Shown here: one piece after another, positions 41,690-53,315 of the stretch | How positions within the stretch are numbered: the first letter of the stretch is position 1 | How the letters are laid out: every line of letters begins with the position of its first letter | NCBI RefSeq assembly: GCF_026571515.1 | Contig: NW_026862806.1 | Location: 62,001-126,000, forward strand | Reading direction: 5' to 3' | DNA: 64,000 nt | From: Ruditapes philippinarum | Lineage: Eukaryota | Position numbers and translations under genes: made by a program | Notes under the pieces: model-generated | The model's database searches: none | Seen by the model: the letters and a program-made list of their open reading frames with translations, nothing else | What the model was told of the DNA's origin: nothing

Positions 41690-41828
41690 NNNNNNNNNNN
41701 NNNNNNNNNNNNNNNNNNNNNNNNNNNNNNNNNNNNNNNNNNNNNNNNNNNNNNNNNNNNNNNNNNNNNNNNNNNNNNNNNNNNNNNNNNNNNNNNNNNN
41801 NNNNNNNNNNNNNNNNNNNNNNNNNNNN
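41690..41828. other. Assembly gap (139 N) truncating the 3' end of the Penelope-like element
   Basis: Run of N. Confidence 1.
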
Positions 41829-41892
41829 TTCCTTGTGCAGTGTTGAAATAGATAAAATAATAATGTTTAAGAAATAACAAACTCCATGTATA

Positions 41893-41936
41893 TTCGGTAG
41901 CGCTTTCAATGCTTTCTTCGCATATCTTCAGCCGAA
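41893..41936 (-). ncRNA. Minimal type I hammerhead ribozyme in the 3' pseudo-LTR (sense to the element)
   Basis: Minus strand: UUCGG-CUGAAGA-U-AUGC-gaagaaa-GCAU-U-GAAA-GCGC-UA-CCGAA. Stem I UUCGG/CCGAA, both core boxes, stem II, palindromic stem III AGCGCU, CUA cleavage triplet. Confidence 0.8.
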
Positions 41937-42317
41937 ACTTTAATAAACAATAAACATATAAACAAATGACGTAACGTCATGAAAAAAAGCGGGAATGTTA
42001 AATGATAACGTATTTCCCGGCAAACACAATATGGTTATTTATACTGAAAAATTATAATATTACGGACATTGAGCATAATCCGTACAATCTGGCAGTGAAT
42101 TAATGACATTTATTAAATGGAGGTAATAAAATTCACAAATTAATGATTTTATGGCCACAAATTGTATGGTAATTAACAATTTTTACTCAATAAATATTGG
42201 TAAATAAACGGACAATTGGATTGAATAAAATCGCAAGCGTTTCTTTCATAATTAAAAATGAAGAGATTGTAATAAATATGATGTACTTATATATATATAT
42301 ATACCTTGTTAAACGAA

Positions 42318-43456
42318 TTACCAATGAGCATTTAGCTGTGGTTTTAATAACTTGATTAAAAGTTTTTCTTTTTCTTCTCTAAAATTGTCACTTTCGATTA
42401 ATATCTTATATAGAGGGAAAATGCTAAATTTACCTCCTGAACAATTATGTAAATGTTTATTTACTTGTAACATTCTGAGTTCTTCAGTGTTTGTTTGTTG
42501 CCTATGTAAAGTCATACGTTTACATAATTCATTTTTTGTTTGGCCAATATAAAACTGTTTACAGTTGTCACAAATTATTGAATATATCACATTTTTGAAA
42601 CACAGTTCATACTTTGTTTTATCTTAAATGTCTTACTGTTACAAAATTGTATTTCATTTCCTTCTATTAGAGAAGGACATGTCTTACACCTACTCCTGTT
42701 GCACTTAGAAACTGTTGTTACAGTATTATTTGTCATGTCGAACTTTGAAGAGGTTAAGATGTTTTGAAGATTTTTTGCTTGTCTTTTACTGTTTATAATG
42801 CGCTTCTTTTCTAAAACACTGTTCATCCTTTCACTTTTTCGTAACACATTCTCACAAGATCGAATTGCTTGGGAAATATTGGTATTTTTTGGATTAAATG
42901 TTGTTACACATGGGATAACGTTGTACTTGTTGTTAGCTGTTATGTTTTCTTCAGTTTTGATGGGACCTTTTAATTTGGCTTTAGATATTCCGTATGTAAT
43001 AATTTCATCTGGGTAATTCTGATTTTTAAGTCTTGTAGTTAGTTCTGAGAGGCGCTTTTCTTGCAGTGTTTCTCCTCTTACTATAGTTATGATTCTTGAC
43101 GCAAGGTTGAAAGGAATGTTTAACTTTGTATGTTTCGGATGACACGATTTAAAGTTGAGGTAGTTGTATGTGTCCGTCGGTTTACTGTAGATATCTGTTG
43201 TTATATGTGTTCCAGATTTCATAACTAATACATCTAAAAATGACATGCTCGTTTCACTTTTATTCATCGTAAATTGAATACAGGGGTGTAAATTGTTTAT
43301 TTCTCTTAATAAATCATCTGTGTTGATATTTTTTCCGACTATTAAAAAACAATCATCCAAAAATCTCTTCCAGTTCATTTTAATGTAGTTTGAAAAGTCG
43401 TTTCCGTGTATTGTTGATATTCTTTCGTAGAGTGTTTTCTCTAGATATCCAAGTAT
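42318..43456 (-). pseudogene. Truncated PLE reverse transcriptase (C-terminal half) plus GIY-YIG endonuclease, one frameshift
   Basis: The frame is open upstream of the listed Met: ILGYLEK...WKRFLDDCF (YxDD-type motif), SFLDV, IYSKPTD, SCHP, KCNRSRCKTC. Adding one A to the A5 run at 42592-42596 gives NCVSKNVIYSIICDNCKQFYIGQT..R..H..E..LN. Confidence 0.92.
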
Positions 43457-43505
43457 TTTTCATGACGTTACGTCATTTGTTTATATGTTTATTGTTTATT
43501 AAAGT

Positions 43506-43549
43506 TTCGGCTGAAGATATGCGAAGAAAGCATTGAAAGCGCTACCGAA
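43506..43549 (+). ncRNA. Minimal type I hammerhead ribozyme in the inverted 5' pseudo-LTR (antisense to the element)
   Basis: ttcgg ctgaaga t atgc gaagaaa gcat t gaaa gcgc ta ccgaa; identical to the 41893-41936 copy; predicted cleavage after A43544. Confidence 0.8.
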
Positions 43550-43628
43550 TTTACATAGAGTTTGTTATTTCTTAAACATTATAATTTTATCTATTTCAAC
43601 ACTGCACCAAGGAACATTTATCACGTTT

Positions 43629-43633
<5 letters not shown>

Positions 43634-43705
<72 letters not shown>
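43634..43705. repeat. (TA)36 microsatellite
   Basis: Perfect TA run 19 nt beyond the pseudo-LTR. Confidence 0.97.
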
Positions 43706-43708
<3 letters not shown>

Positions 43709-45956
43709 TTAAACGGCATTTGCAGTAGAACAAATTGTCAAGTAAAAAATACTATAATTGACAAATGTGACAAATCATCTCTAATGCATGCGCTCCCCCC
43801 CCCCCCCTAAAATTGTAACTTATAATTATAAAGAATCGCAAAGATTAAAATGTATATAACCGGTCATGGCCTGATAATGTTTACAAATTTTTTCCGGTAA
43901 TATCATGTTATAGAAGTAACACTTCAAAATGGCTTCATAAGTTAGTCATGTACATAGCAATACCAAGTACATGATCTTGGCAAGTATCACAATTATGACT
44001 TTCCTTGTTGATCTTGTTAATCATATTTCATGTTTTCCAAGTTATTTCCCTTGTTAGCAATTTGAAAATAGATATTGTTAACATAAACTGGCAGTTTAGA
44101 TATATAACAGGTTCTACCTGTACTGATGCACATTCCACTACCGTCAATGAACATGCTGAAAGGCAAGTCCAGCACTTTCGGAAAGTTTGGCTCAACTTTA
44201 ACTAGCCCCTTTAGTAATATATGTTAACAACACTGATTGGTTTAGTTGTTTTCTTCATAATGAGCAATAGGGCCACTAAGATGCCCTAGATCACTCATCT
44301 AACCCATCATTTTTCTATTGACTATGTAAATTGAAATATTTTGCCCTTATCTTTTGGAAAGGCTTTGTTGAAAAATATCTAAGTTGCAAGTGTATTCCTA
44401 TGAGACTATGTAGAATAAATATAGAATAAATGACCACTTGAGCATGATCAATTTTGATTGGACATTTTTTTAGAACTTTAGTGAATGAATTATGACACAT
44501 TCTTGAACAAATCAGTGTTCTAAAAGTATATAACTAGAGGGGCAGGTTAAAATTGAGCTGGACTTGCCTATAGGAAAGTTCATTTGAAAAATAATTTCCA
44601 ACACTGAAAAACAGTTGTTTCTTAGCTTTCAAAATAAAATCGTCGGTTACTTATCAGTTATTATTTTTCCACCAACGATGTGATGTTGTCTTGTAATAGC
44701 ATGCATTAAATGTCATGTATTGTTCATTACAGTAAGGTTTTTGTCTTCATAAAATTTATATGAAGCAGACACACCTTACGTTCAAACTTTCGACTGCCCT
44801 ACATTTTATCTACAATCTATATATTGTGGATTAAAAAGTATCAGGAAAGTGCCATTTCCATTGTATATTTTTAAAAGTGATAATATGACAAGATAATTAG
44901 ACTTGAAAAACCGCACATATACATATTTATCACGAATGACCTTTTTTATATGTTCTAAGACATAACAAAGACAAACTTAAAAACATATGTGATGGTCAAA
45001 ATCGTTAAATGAAATTGCATAAGGCAAACAAGAAAAACAAGAAATAATAAATCAAATATATTAACTGTCCTTTCATGTAAACTTAATTACATCTTATAAT
45101 GATTTAGATAAAAACAATTTGTCTAGAATACGACAGACTTCGAAGTCTTATCAGATTTAAATTATAACTTGAGTTCTGAGAATATAAAGGACACATGCTC
45201 GTGAACATCAAGAACTTCAATTTACATAAGAAAAGCAAATCTAACTTTCAAAATTCAATCAATGCCTCTAAAAATGCAACTATTGTCCACGGGGTCTCAA
45301 AATGGGTACACAAATTGTTTGAGCAAAGGAATATCCTTTATATACCGAACTTAGGGCACGTACGAATGCTTTCAAACATCAGATGTCCTAGTTGTACAGA
45401 AGAGAAATTGAAATTGTATGACAATATTTGATTACACGAAAGTAATTAAATAATATAAATCAAAACTTTTGTGTTTGTTTATCACGTATCAGATTTCTAA
45501 TACTACCGAATGTTTGATGAAATTAAACATATCAATATCAGTGGCTTTTCCAGCTTCAATTGGTACTTAACGATCAAAACTATGCCGCACAGAACATTAT
45601 AACCATCAACAAAATGATATTTTCGCATTTGTAAAACACACAATGTATAATAACAGAAATACTTATGTCATTGAATATTATCAGGAAGTGATGATAGAAC
45701 AATATTTTATGTCTGTAGCACCGTTTCCATTAACAAAGTAGGACAAACAAATCAATCGTTTCTTTTAAATGCAAATAACATTTTAAATCCAGACAAAATG
45801 AATATTACCAGTTAGGATTTCTATCTCATATACGCAACAGGAAATAAAACTGTCGCTACTTCATACACCTTGATAACATTTTTATGACTACAACAGGTTT
45901 AGAATTGTCTAAAGCAGTGCTTTATTATCATACACAAGGGCGTATGTAAGATAACA

Positions 45957-45959
45957 TTT

Positions 45960-45998
<39 letters not shown>

Positions 45999-46120
45999 TT
46001 ATTTATTTATTATAATAATAATATTACTATTATTATTTATTATTTTTAGTAGTAGTTAGTAGTAGTATCATAATTATTATTATTTTTTTTTTATCATTAT
46101 TATTACTATTATTATTTTAT
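45957..46120. repeat. Compound (TTTA)n/(TAT)n/(TAG)n microsatellite
   Basis: Directly visible. Confidence 0.93.
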
Positions 46121-48723
46121 TCATTTCGAATGTACTGTTTGGGATTATTTTCTTTAATTAAGTTTGTACACTACATTGCATGATTAGCTAGTCAATTTAA
46201 AGAACGAACCATCTTCTTATTTAATAAATTTGATATAAACGTTACAATCCAGGAACTATCTTGTTGTAATTATAAGACAAATTAATTTCTTATGGAATTA
46301 TAGACGACATTTAAAAAAAAAAATCAAAATTCAATTGCATTACATTTGTATGAAAATAAGCATTGTACCTAGATAACTATATAATTACACGTATTAACAT
46401 CACAATTCGCTTACGTATAATTTAATAATGTCAGCTATTTAGACCTAAATACGATTCACCCAACGGTTTTCCACCAACATAATAATTTCAATCATTGATA
46501 ATATATACCATTTTCTATTTCACCGAGCGGAATGTTGACGCATTTTAAAAGCACACAGATAAATAAAAGATTTTAGTTGTGTCATTAAAACACATGTGAT
46601 GTACTAGCAATTCTGTAATTCAATGAATTATGTGAAAAAGCCAGAAATATTTTTTCACAAAATACGACACAGCCATGCACAAATTTTGTAACCATCTTTT
46701 ATGTAAATAATGTAAGCCATTATTATTTCAAATGAATAAGACATTAGATATTTTTAAGAAATAAATTGATATGCGTTTATGTGTAATTATTTTCAACATT
46801 GCAAGCATTTGACGTGATATATTGTTTGTTTCTAAAGTATTACAGAAGAATGTTCCTAGTTATGGATAAGATATGTACAGAAACACTCATCATCAAAGTT
46901 TATTTTTGAAATACTTTCCTGTAATTATTGAAAAGTAGAGACAAAGTCTGGAAAACAAAGCCGATTAATGATTACAGTAAATAAAATAGAAAGTATAACA
47001 TTAAAGAATTGATTACTTCCTTATTCTACAAATCATATGTACATTTCCTTAAAATGCTAATATTATACAATGCGAAGTATAGTTGCTCTGATTTTTAACA
47101 GTTTCATTCAAAAGATGATAGTGAAGTTTAAAAATGTATCTGAGAACTTCCTCTCATCAATAAAATTATTTTAAAAAATACTAATTAATAAAAATATAAA
47201 ATTATATTTCATAGTTATCTATGTAATTTCACACGTTTTAATGAAAATATTATTTTTGAAGATTTTTCGCGTGTGGCACATTTACCTCAATTTTATTTTT
47301 GCATACAATTCCGACATTTCCAAGGCTGTTTAGAACAAAGCAAAGCTAATATTGACAAATTACCTAAATTTCAGACGTAATTTAAATGTTAAAATGACAA
47401 ACAAGTTCATCAAGGAAGGGCGAATTAATTCAATATACCAAACACCAAATATCATTTCTATTTAATTTATCTTTTTTATTTCATGTTTTATTTTATTTTA
47501 TTTCAAAAGTCTGAAAAATACACATTGTCTTCCTTCCACATGGAAAAATGCTGTTGATGTAATTTTAGCATATTTAAATATCCTACGATCATCAACTGTA
47601 ATTCAATGTGTAATAGCAATGACAGACATCAGTATAAATTCGTAAGACAGCCTTTCAAAAAATTCATGTTTTCAAAATTCCTAGTCATTTTTTTAATTTT
47701 CAACAGTTATTTAATGTCTGTTACAATCCTTATATAAGTTTACTTTCTTATGAAAAGATTATCAAACCCAAATGATATCCCTCTAAATCAAAAAACATTT
47801 CTTTTTCTCTCGTGTGAAATACACATCATTTAAAAAAGGCAGCTGCTTGCATCTCATATAAACCTCCGCAAAAAACTAATGAAATAAGTGTAGCATGGTG
47901 TAGCTGTTTCTTCTTCTATAATACATGTAATATATTGTATGTTTCAAGCTATCCAATTTTTTGTATCAAATAAATAATACTATTTTCATTTAACTTTCAT
48001 TTTTAACTTATTTTTTTACTCAAACCTACATGTATTTTTGAGAAATTCGTCTGAAATTGAGGCTACCAATGGGGAAAACAGAATTGGATATTCAAGATAA
48101 TAATTTATTGAGATAATTTCAAGTATTTCACACTTGCCAACACAGTCAATATATAGTTATTTTGTGTTATTTTTCTGAATTCTAAATTCTAATTCTCTTG
48201 AACATTCTTGTATCAGATACTAATTCATTTTACAACTCAAAGCAATGTTTCGCAGAATAGATTTATAAACACCATATCAACAGCGGTTGTGTAGACGAAA
48301 TAACACCTGGATATTTAATATCATTATATTAATTAATACAGGTTATTATGACGAAATTATAAAGTTATTTTTGTAAGTATATTTTTAAAGTAGGTGTTTT
48401 AATTTGAATAGTTATTTTTTTATTTAAAAAAATATAAATCAGTGATAAAAATTATATAACAGTGGACGTGAAATGTATCGTCTTTTTCAAATTTGATGTT
48501 AGAACTATATACTATGTTCTAAAATGTATAAGAATTTCCCTTGAAGTATTTTGATTATTAGGTAATAGTACAGCATCATCCATGTTACTATGTAAAGTTA
48601 TGGAAAAATAGACAAAATATAAATCTATGTTGTTCTAATTCCATGTCATGATGTTTACAGTTCTGTACAATATGAAATACCATATACTTTGTCACTGGAA
48701 TAAGTGTCCTTCAAACTCATTAA

Positions 48724-49049
48724 CAATGGTAGAATACATTGTTATCGCGCACCTACAAAATGCTCTTCTTTTGTATTTTTTGTATTTATTTGTTGTTTTT
48801 GTTGTTGTTTGTCAGACTCCTTAACGAAAAAGAATCTTTTTTAATCCTGGATCAGAAACGTTCAATAAAATTATATCAAGCACTAAAGTCAAATTTTTAT
48901 GCTTTGCATATTTCTTTTTAATATTCTAACGATTTCTTAAAATAAAAACATATTTTATATACGAGTCGGCTGGATGTTTCCAAAGAAAACACAAACAACA
49001 AAACTGTCCGATTGAGAGCATTTTGCAGGTGCGTTATATTCTACCATTG
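48724..49049. mobile_element. Decayed MITE/foldback
   Basis: caatggtagaata..cgcacctacaaaatgctct versus agagcattttgcaggtgcg..tattctaccattg form an inverted repeat. Confidence 0.65.
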
Positions 49050-50679
49050 ATTTTTAGGAGATTTAAATAACATATTTTAATGAGTATTCTGAAAACTACG
49101 AAGTTGTAGTTCTAGTTGGTTGCATAATTCTCCCTCATTCAAATTTCGAAAACGTTTTGAAGCTCAGGTATTATCTTGGTTGTGTATATTACACATATGT
49201 GCAGTCGATTTATAAATTTAAAATACAGATTGATTTTCCAGAATGCTTGTTTCAGAACAAAAGTACCCTGTATCCTTAGCTTTTAGTTTGAAATTGCATT
49301 AATTTTGTTATCTTCAATTTAAATTACTTTATGTTACAGTCATTATTTAACACTTTTGGCAATTACATAATTAATTATTTTGACGAAAAATTTCATAATA
49401 AGTATATTAATTATTATTTATTGCTTGGATCTTCATGAATTAGTACATTCAAAGTGGTTTCAATGATTATTTTCTATTATGAAAAGTGTTGGATAATTGA
49501 AATCATTTTGCTATCTTATTAAATGTAAATTATTAAAAATATTGTGTTTCGTTTGATTGAAATTAAAATGCATTATGACTAAACCTTTTCCCCGAGGTAT
49601 AATTTACGATTAACATATTTAACTATGCTTTTTGATTTTAAAACATATTAAGCTTAAAATCATTACATAACATATTGCAAATCCAGCTTGATTTTCTGGC
49701 TGGATGCAGAATTGAACCTAAGAAAAAAAAGTGATTACCTTCGTTTACCTTAAAATTATATATGTTGAAATTGCTCGAATACTCACGACAAAAATCTTGA
49801 TTTATTAGATGTCCATTGCACAATCAGTATGTATTATCAGTAATTTCATCACAGAATAGGACCTTAATTGTTATATAATATAATAAATATAAGAATGTCT
49901 TACATAATGTTTTGCATTTAACTTAATCTTCAAGGCAAGATGGTGTAATAATAAGTATCTTTATTCAAATACTTATCTTTAAAATTTATAGTATCTATTT
50001 TTAAATTACCATTGCATTATAACACTCCTACATAAGCAATTAAGCTTGTTGAATTAAACAAAGTCAAAATGTCATGTATGCATTGTTCGGCCGTTTTGAG
50101 TGTCAATTTATTTTTGATTTGATGTTGTACAGAAATATGCATTATTTATACATGATAATAAAAAAGTAACAATTTATTGATTGAATGTAAATCGTGAAAT
50201 GGATAAAATCTAGTTCATGTTAAAATGGAAAATGTTGCTTATAATATTTTTAAATCATTGTGCATACTTAACGACAAACAACTTTATACCCCTGACATTC
50301 TTTTCTAGTACATGTACATATATCAGTAACATACAATTATATCTTCTTACATGTACCACATCACAAAATAATTGGAGTTGATGGCACATGTAACTATAGT
50401 TAATAATTTAAATAACATATGACCTAGACAAAAGTATGTTAAATGATAGGAAATAATCATATAATTAAATAATCATAATTTTGACCTTAATTTCGGATAA
50501 TAAGGTTGTTTTGAGTGAATAAAGGTTGTTTTTTTTTTCCCGAAATAAAATAAATATTTCTTTTTGAAACCGTCAAGATGAGGTGCAAATATATTTCATA
50601 AATATAACTTTATATTAAAGAGCATTTCTATATGTGAACATTTCTGCTTAGAAAGATATATCATTTGATGTTAAAGGTA

Positions 50680-51165
50680 TAATCAAACAAATTAATGACA
50701 AAAATATTAAAATGATTTTTTGCACTCAAATCACACTGAAGTAACATCTTTTAAAGTCCCAGCATGAATTTCTGTATAATTTCTATATATTATGGGTTTG
50801 AAGTGTGAATGTATCTATATATGTTGAATGCAATTTAGACGCCGACAAAATCAACAAGTGGTTTTAGATCAAGTTATGTAACTTTAACAAACCTTGGAAG
50901 TTACAATTGTGGATATTGTAAGTGACAGTTATTCATTATCACGTACTTTAACGTTTCCAGAGTTCACTGTGACAACTTTTGGGAAATCTTAAGTCCCTAA
51001 TCTGGCCCAAGTTGGTCAAGTTAGGAAACCATCTATTTATTCTTTTTAAGGAGAAAAGTTTTGGTCCCGTGACTGTCAAGTGTTTCAATTTCTAGGACGT
51101 TTACAGAACAATGAATGAAAAATTCAAAACTAAAACATGAAAATTTAGCCTATGTCTCCCTTTAA
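50680..51165 (-). mobile_element. Fragment of a TTAA-terminated non-autonomous DNA transposon (Kolobok/piggyBac-like)
   Basis: Ends in gtctccct-ttaa; colinear inverted similarity with 51981-52345. Confidence 0.65.
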
Positions 51166-51980
51166 ATGACAGAATTGTTGTTAGTTATGAAGCACCACAG
51201 TAATACAAGTTCACAATAACTTTAAGTTATAGAGGAAAGCCTCCTCGAAATTGTTCTTGAACGTGCATAGCTGCTCCTACAAATGTAAAAGCAAAGATCT
51301 TGTAATTGATAGCAAATATATCCAACAAGTTTATCATTTTAACAATAGATTAAATAAATAACAATAAATAAGTTGGAAGCATTTTTGATAAAGATGAAAA
51401 AAAATATTATAGCTAAACAGTAAACAAATCTTTGTTTATAAGAAGAAATGTATTTGATTTAAGAACCAGATACTGCTTATGATTAGAAGAAAATGTAAAT
51501 GAATCTGAAATAAAAAAAAACAAATCCAGCTATGCATTAAATAACTGAAACCTAAATCTGAAGATAAATTATTTATCAGGAATATAACGCTTATAAATTG
51601 GTACGCGAATTATTCAAGGGCGTAAAGTGCCTTAACGGTAATTTTGTTAGGAACGTAGACCTGTTTTACCACGACTTTAATAGCTTCAATGATTTGATTC
51701 AATCACTTTGCTTTATCAAACAGTGTCATTGTCCGTGCAATTAGGACAATTCTTCGGTTCTAATATTAACTATTTTTGAAATAATATCCAGACACAAAAA
51801 TGTACAAAATATAGCTTTTATCTGGTATGTCTAGTTGATAAATGAAGAAAATGCGCTGAAAGATGTTCCAATGTCTGGCCTATAAAACTTGTTCAGTCTA
51901 ATGGAACACAATCCCCTTACAGACAAATGAAAAGATAAACTTCGTAACTTGAAATGATAAAAGCATATTAAGTAAACATG

Positions 51981-52345
51981 TTAAAGGGAGACACAGGCAA
52001 AATTGTTATTTCTTTGTTTTGAATTGTTCATTCTTTATTCTTCAAATGTCCTTAAAATAAATACACTTGACAGACACAGGAACAAAACTTTTCTTCTTAT
52101 AAAGATTCAAATGGTAGTTTCCACGTGGGTCAGGTAAGGGCGTTAAAATTTCACAATAGTTGTCATAGTGAACTCTGGAGACTTTAAAGAACATGTCAAT
52201 GAATGACTATTATACACTATCCACAATGTATGTTATTGTAACTTCAAGGGTGTGTTCAAGTCACATGCTACTCGGTGATTCTGTCGGCGTCTAAATTTCG
52301 TTTAACAAATAATCATTGTAATATTTTTATCATTAATTTGCTTGT
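51981..52345 (+). mobile_element. Second, inverted fragment of the same TTAA-terminated element
   Basis: Starts ttaa-agggagac; acacttgacag, agtgaactctgga and tgtcggcgtctaaatt are reverse complements of blocks in 50680-51165. Confidence 0.65.
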
Positions 52346-52532
52346 GTAGCGCTTTAATACCTGTTGGTATGTATCATGCGTGAGTGTAAAATGCGATAGC
52401 AATGTCAAATAGAAAGATGTGTTAAGAATAACGACAACTTACTAGATCTTATATCTTGTTTTTGATTCAAAAGTGACACGTGTGACTTGCTTCAATCTAA
52501 TCCTTTTTCGTTCTTTACTTCAACTAAGTTCA

Positions 52533-52752
52533 TCTGTGACCGAGTTGTTAATGTCGTTGTTGACCACTATTGTGGATTCGAATCCCGCGAGGAACTATGG
52601 ATTCGTTCTTGTGAGGAAACTATCCAAATAGCTTACGGAATATCGGTGGTTCTACTCAGATACACGCTTGTACCTTACATAATGCACGAAGGGGCGTCTG
52701 GGATCTTTCTCCCCTCCCCCATCGAGCCGGAAAGTCGCCAGTGTTAAACCCT
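52533..52752 (+). mobile_element. tRNA-derived SINE, Meta-domain type
   Basis: A-box-like tgaccgagttgtta (52537), B-box-like gattcgaatcc (52575), then tgtgaggaaactatcc..gcttacggaa..tcggtggttctactcag..ataatgcacg, recognised from recall as the bivalve Meta-SINE body. Confidence 0.75.
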
Positions 52753-53139
52753 TCCACAATATAAAACTCAACAGAAAGTAGAATAGTCCAGTCAAATGTG
52801 GCAGTCAAATGACCTGAAAATTGTTAAGGATAAAACTAATTTAAAAAATAAATAAAAGTGTAAACACAAATGTTCGTAAATTGTGGAAGAAACAACTATT
52901 CGTTCTTGAATTAGCTTACTTTCAATACGCAATAAAGGAAATTGAATGCTTTATTTATTTGTAAAAATGTACTCAATTACAGTAAGAAATATTTACAAAA
53001 ATTAGCATCACAGCATCACACTAGCCTCAAATACAAATTTTAAAGGTAAAATGTTTATGAACAAACCACGAATCATTACTATGGTCTTTGTTATAATTGT
53101 TTTGAGATCATATAATATTAACGATATGCAAGGATTAGT

Positions 53140-53315
53140 TTTGATCGCTAGTCGCATGGGTTCAAACACCGTCAGAGGCAAGTCGTTGTTTCCTTAAGCA
53201 AGATACTTTACATTCATTGCTCAGTACTGGTTGGTTTCAGGAACGGATTCGAAAGTGTGTCTATAGGCTTATAGCTTCCCTCACAATCGAACTAAAAATA
53301 AATTCTGTATAAACC
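53140..53315 (+). mobile_element. tRNA-derived SINE, CORE-domain type (5'-truncated)
   Basis: B-box ggttcaaacac, CORE-like gttgtttccttaagcaagatacttta, tail gtactggttggtttcaggaacggattcga..cacaatcgaactaaaa. Confidence 0.7.

Larger units (their letters stand above)
41829..43614 (-). mobile_element. 5'-truncated Penelope-like retroelement (Neptune-type) with inverted pseudo-LTRs
   Basis: RT-thumb-Cys linker-GIY-YIG coding region; 41829-41986 is the reverse complement of 43456-43614 (3 substitutions and 1 indel); hammerhead motif in each repeat. Confidence 0.93.

Noticed and set aside
43562-43810. YIYIYI ORF
   Set aside because: Translation of (TA)n
52533-52590. tRNA gene
   Set aside because: A/B boxes without a cloverleaf, followed by a SINE body
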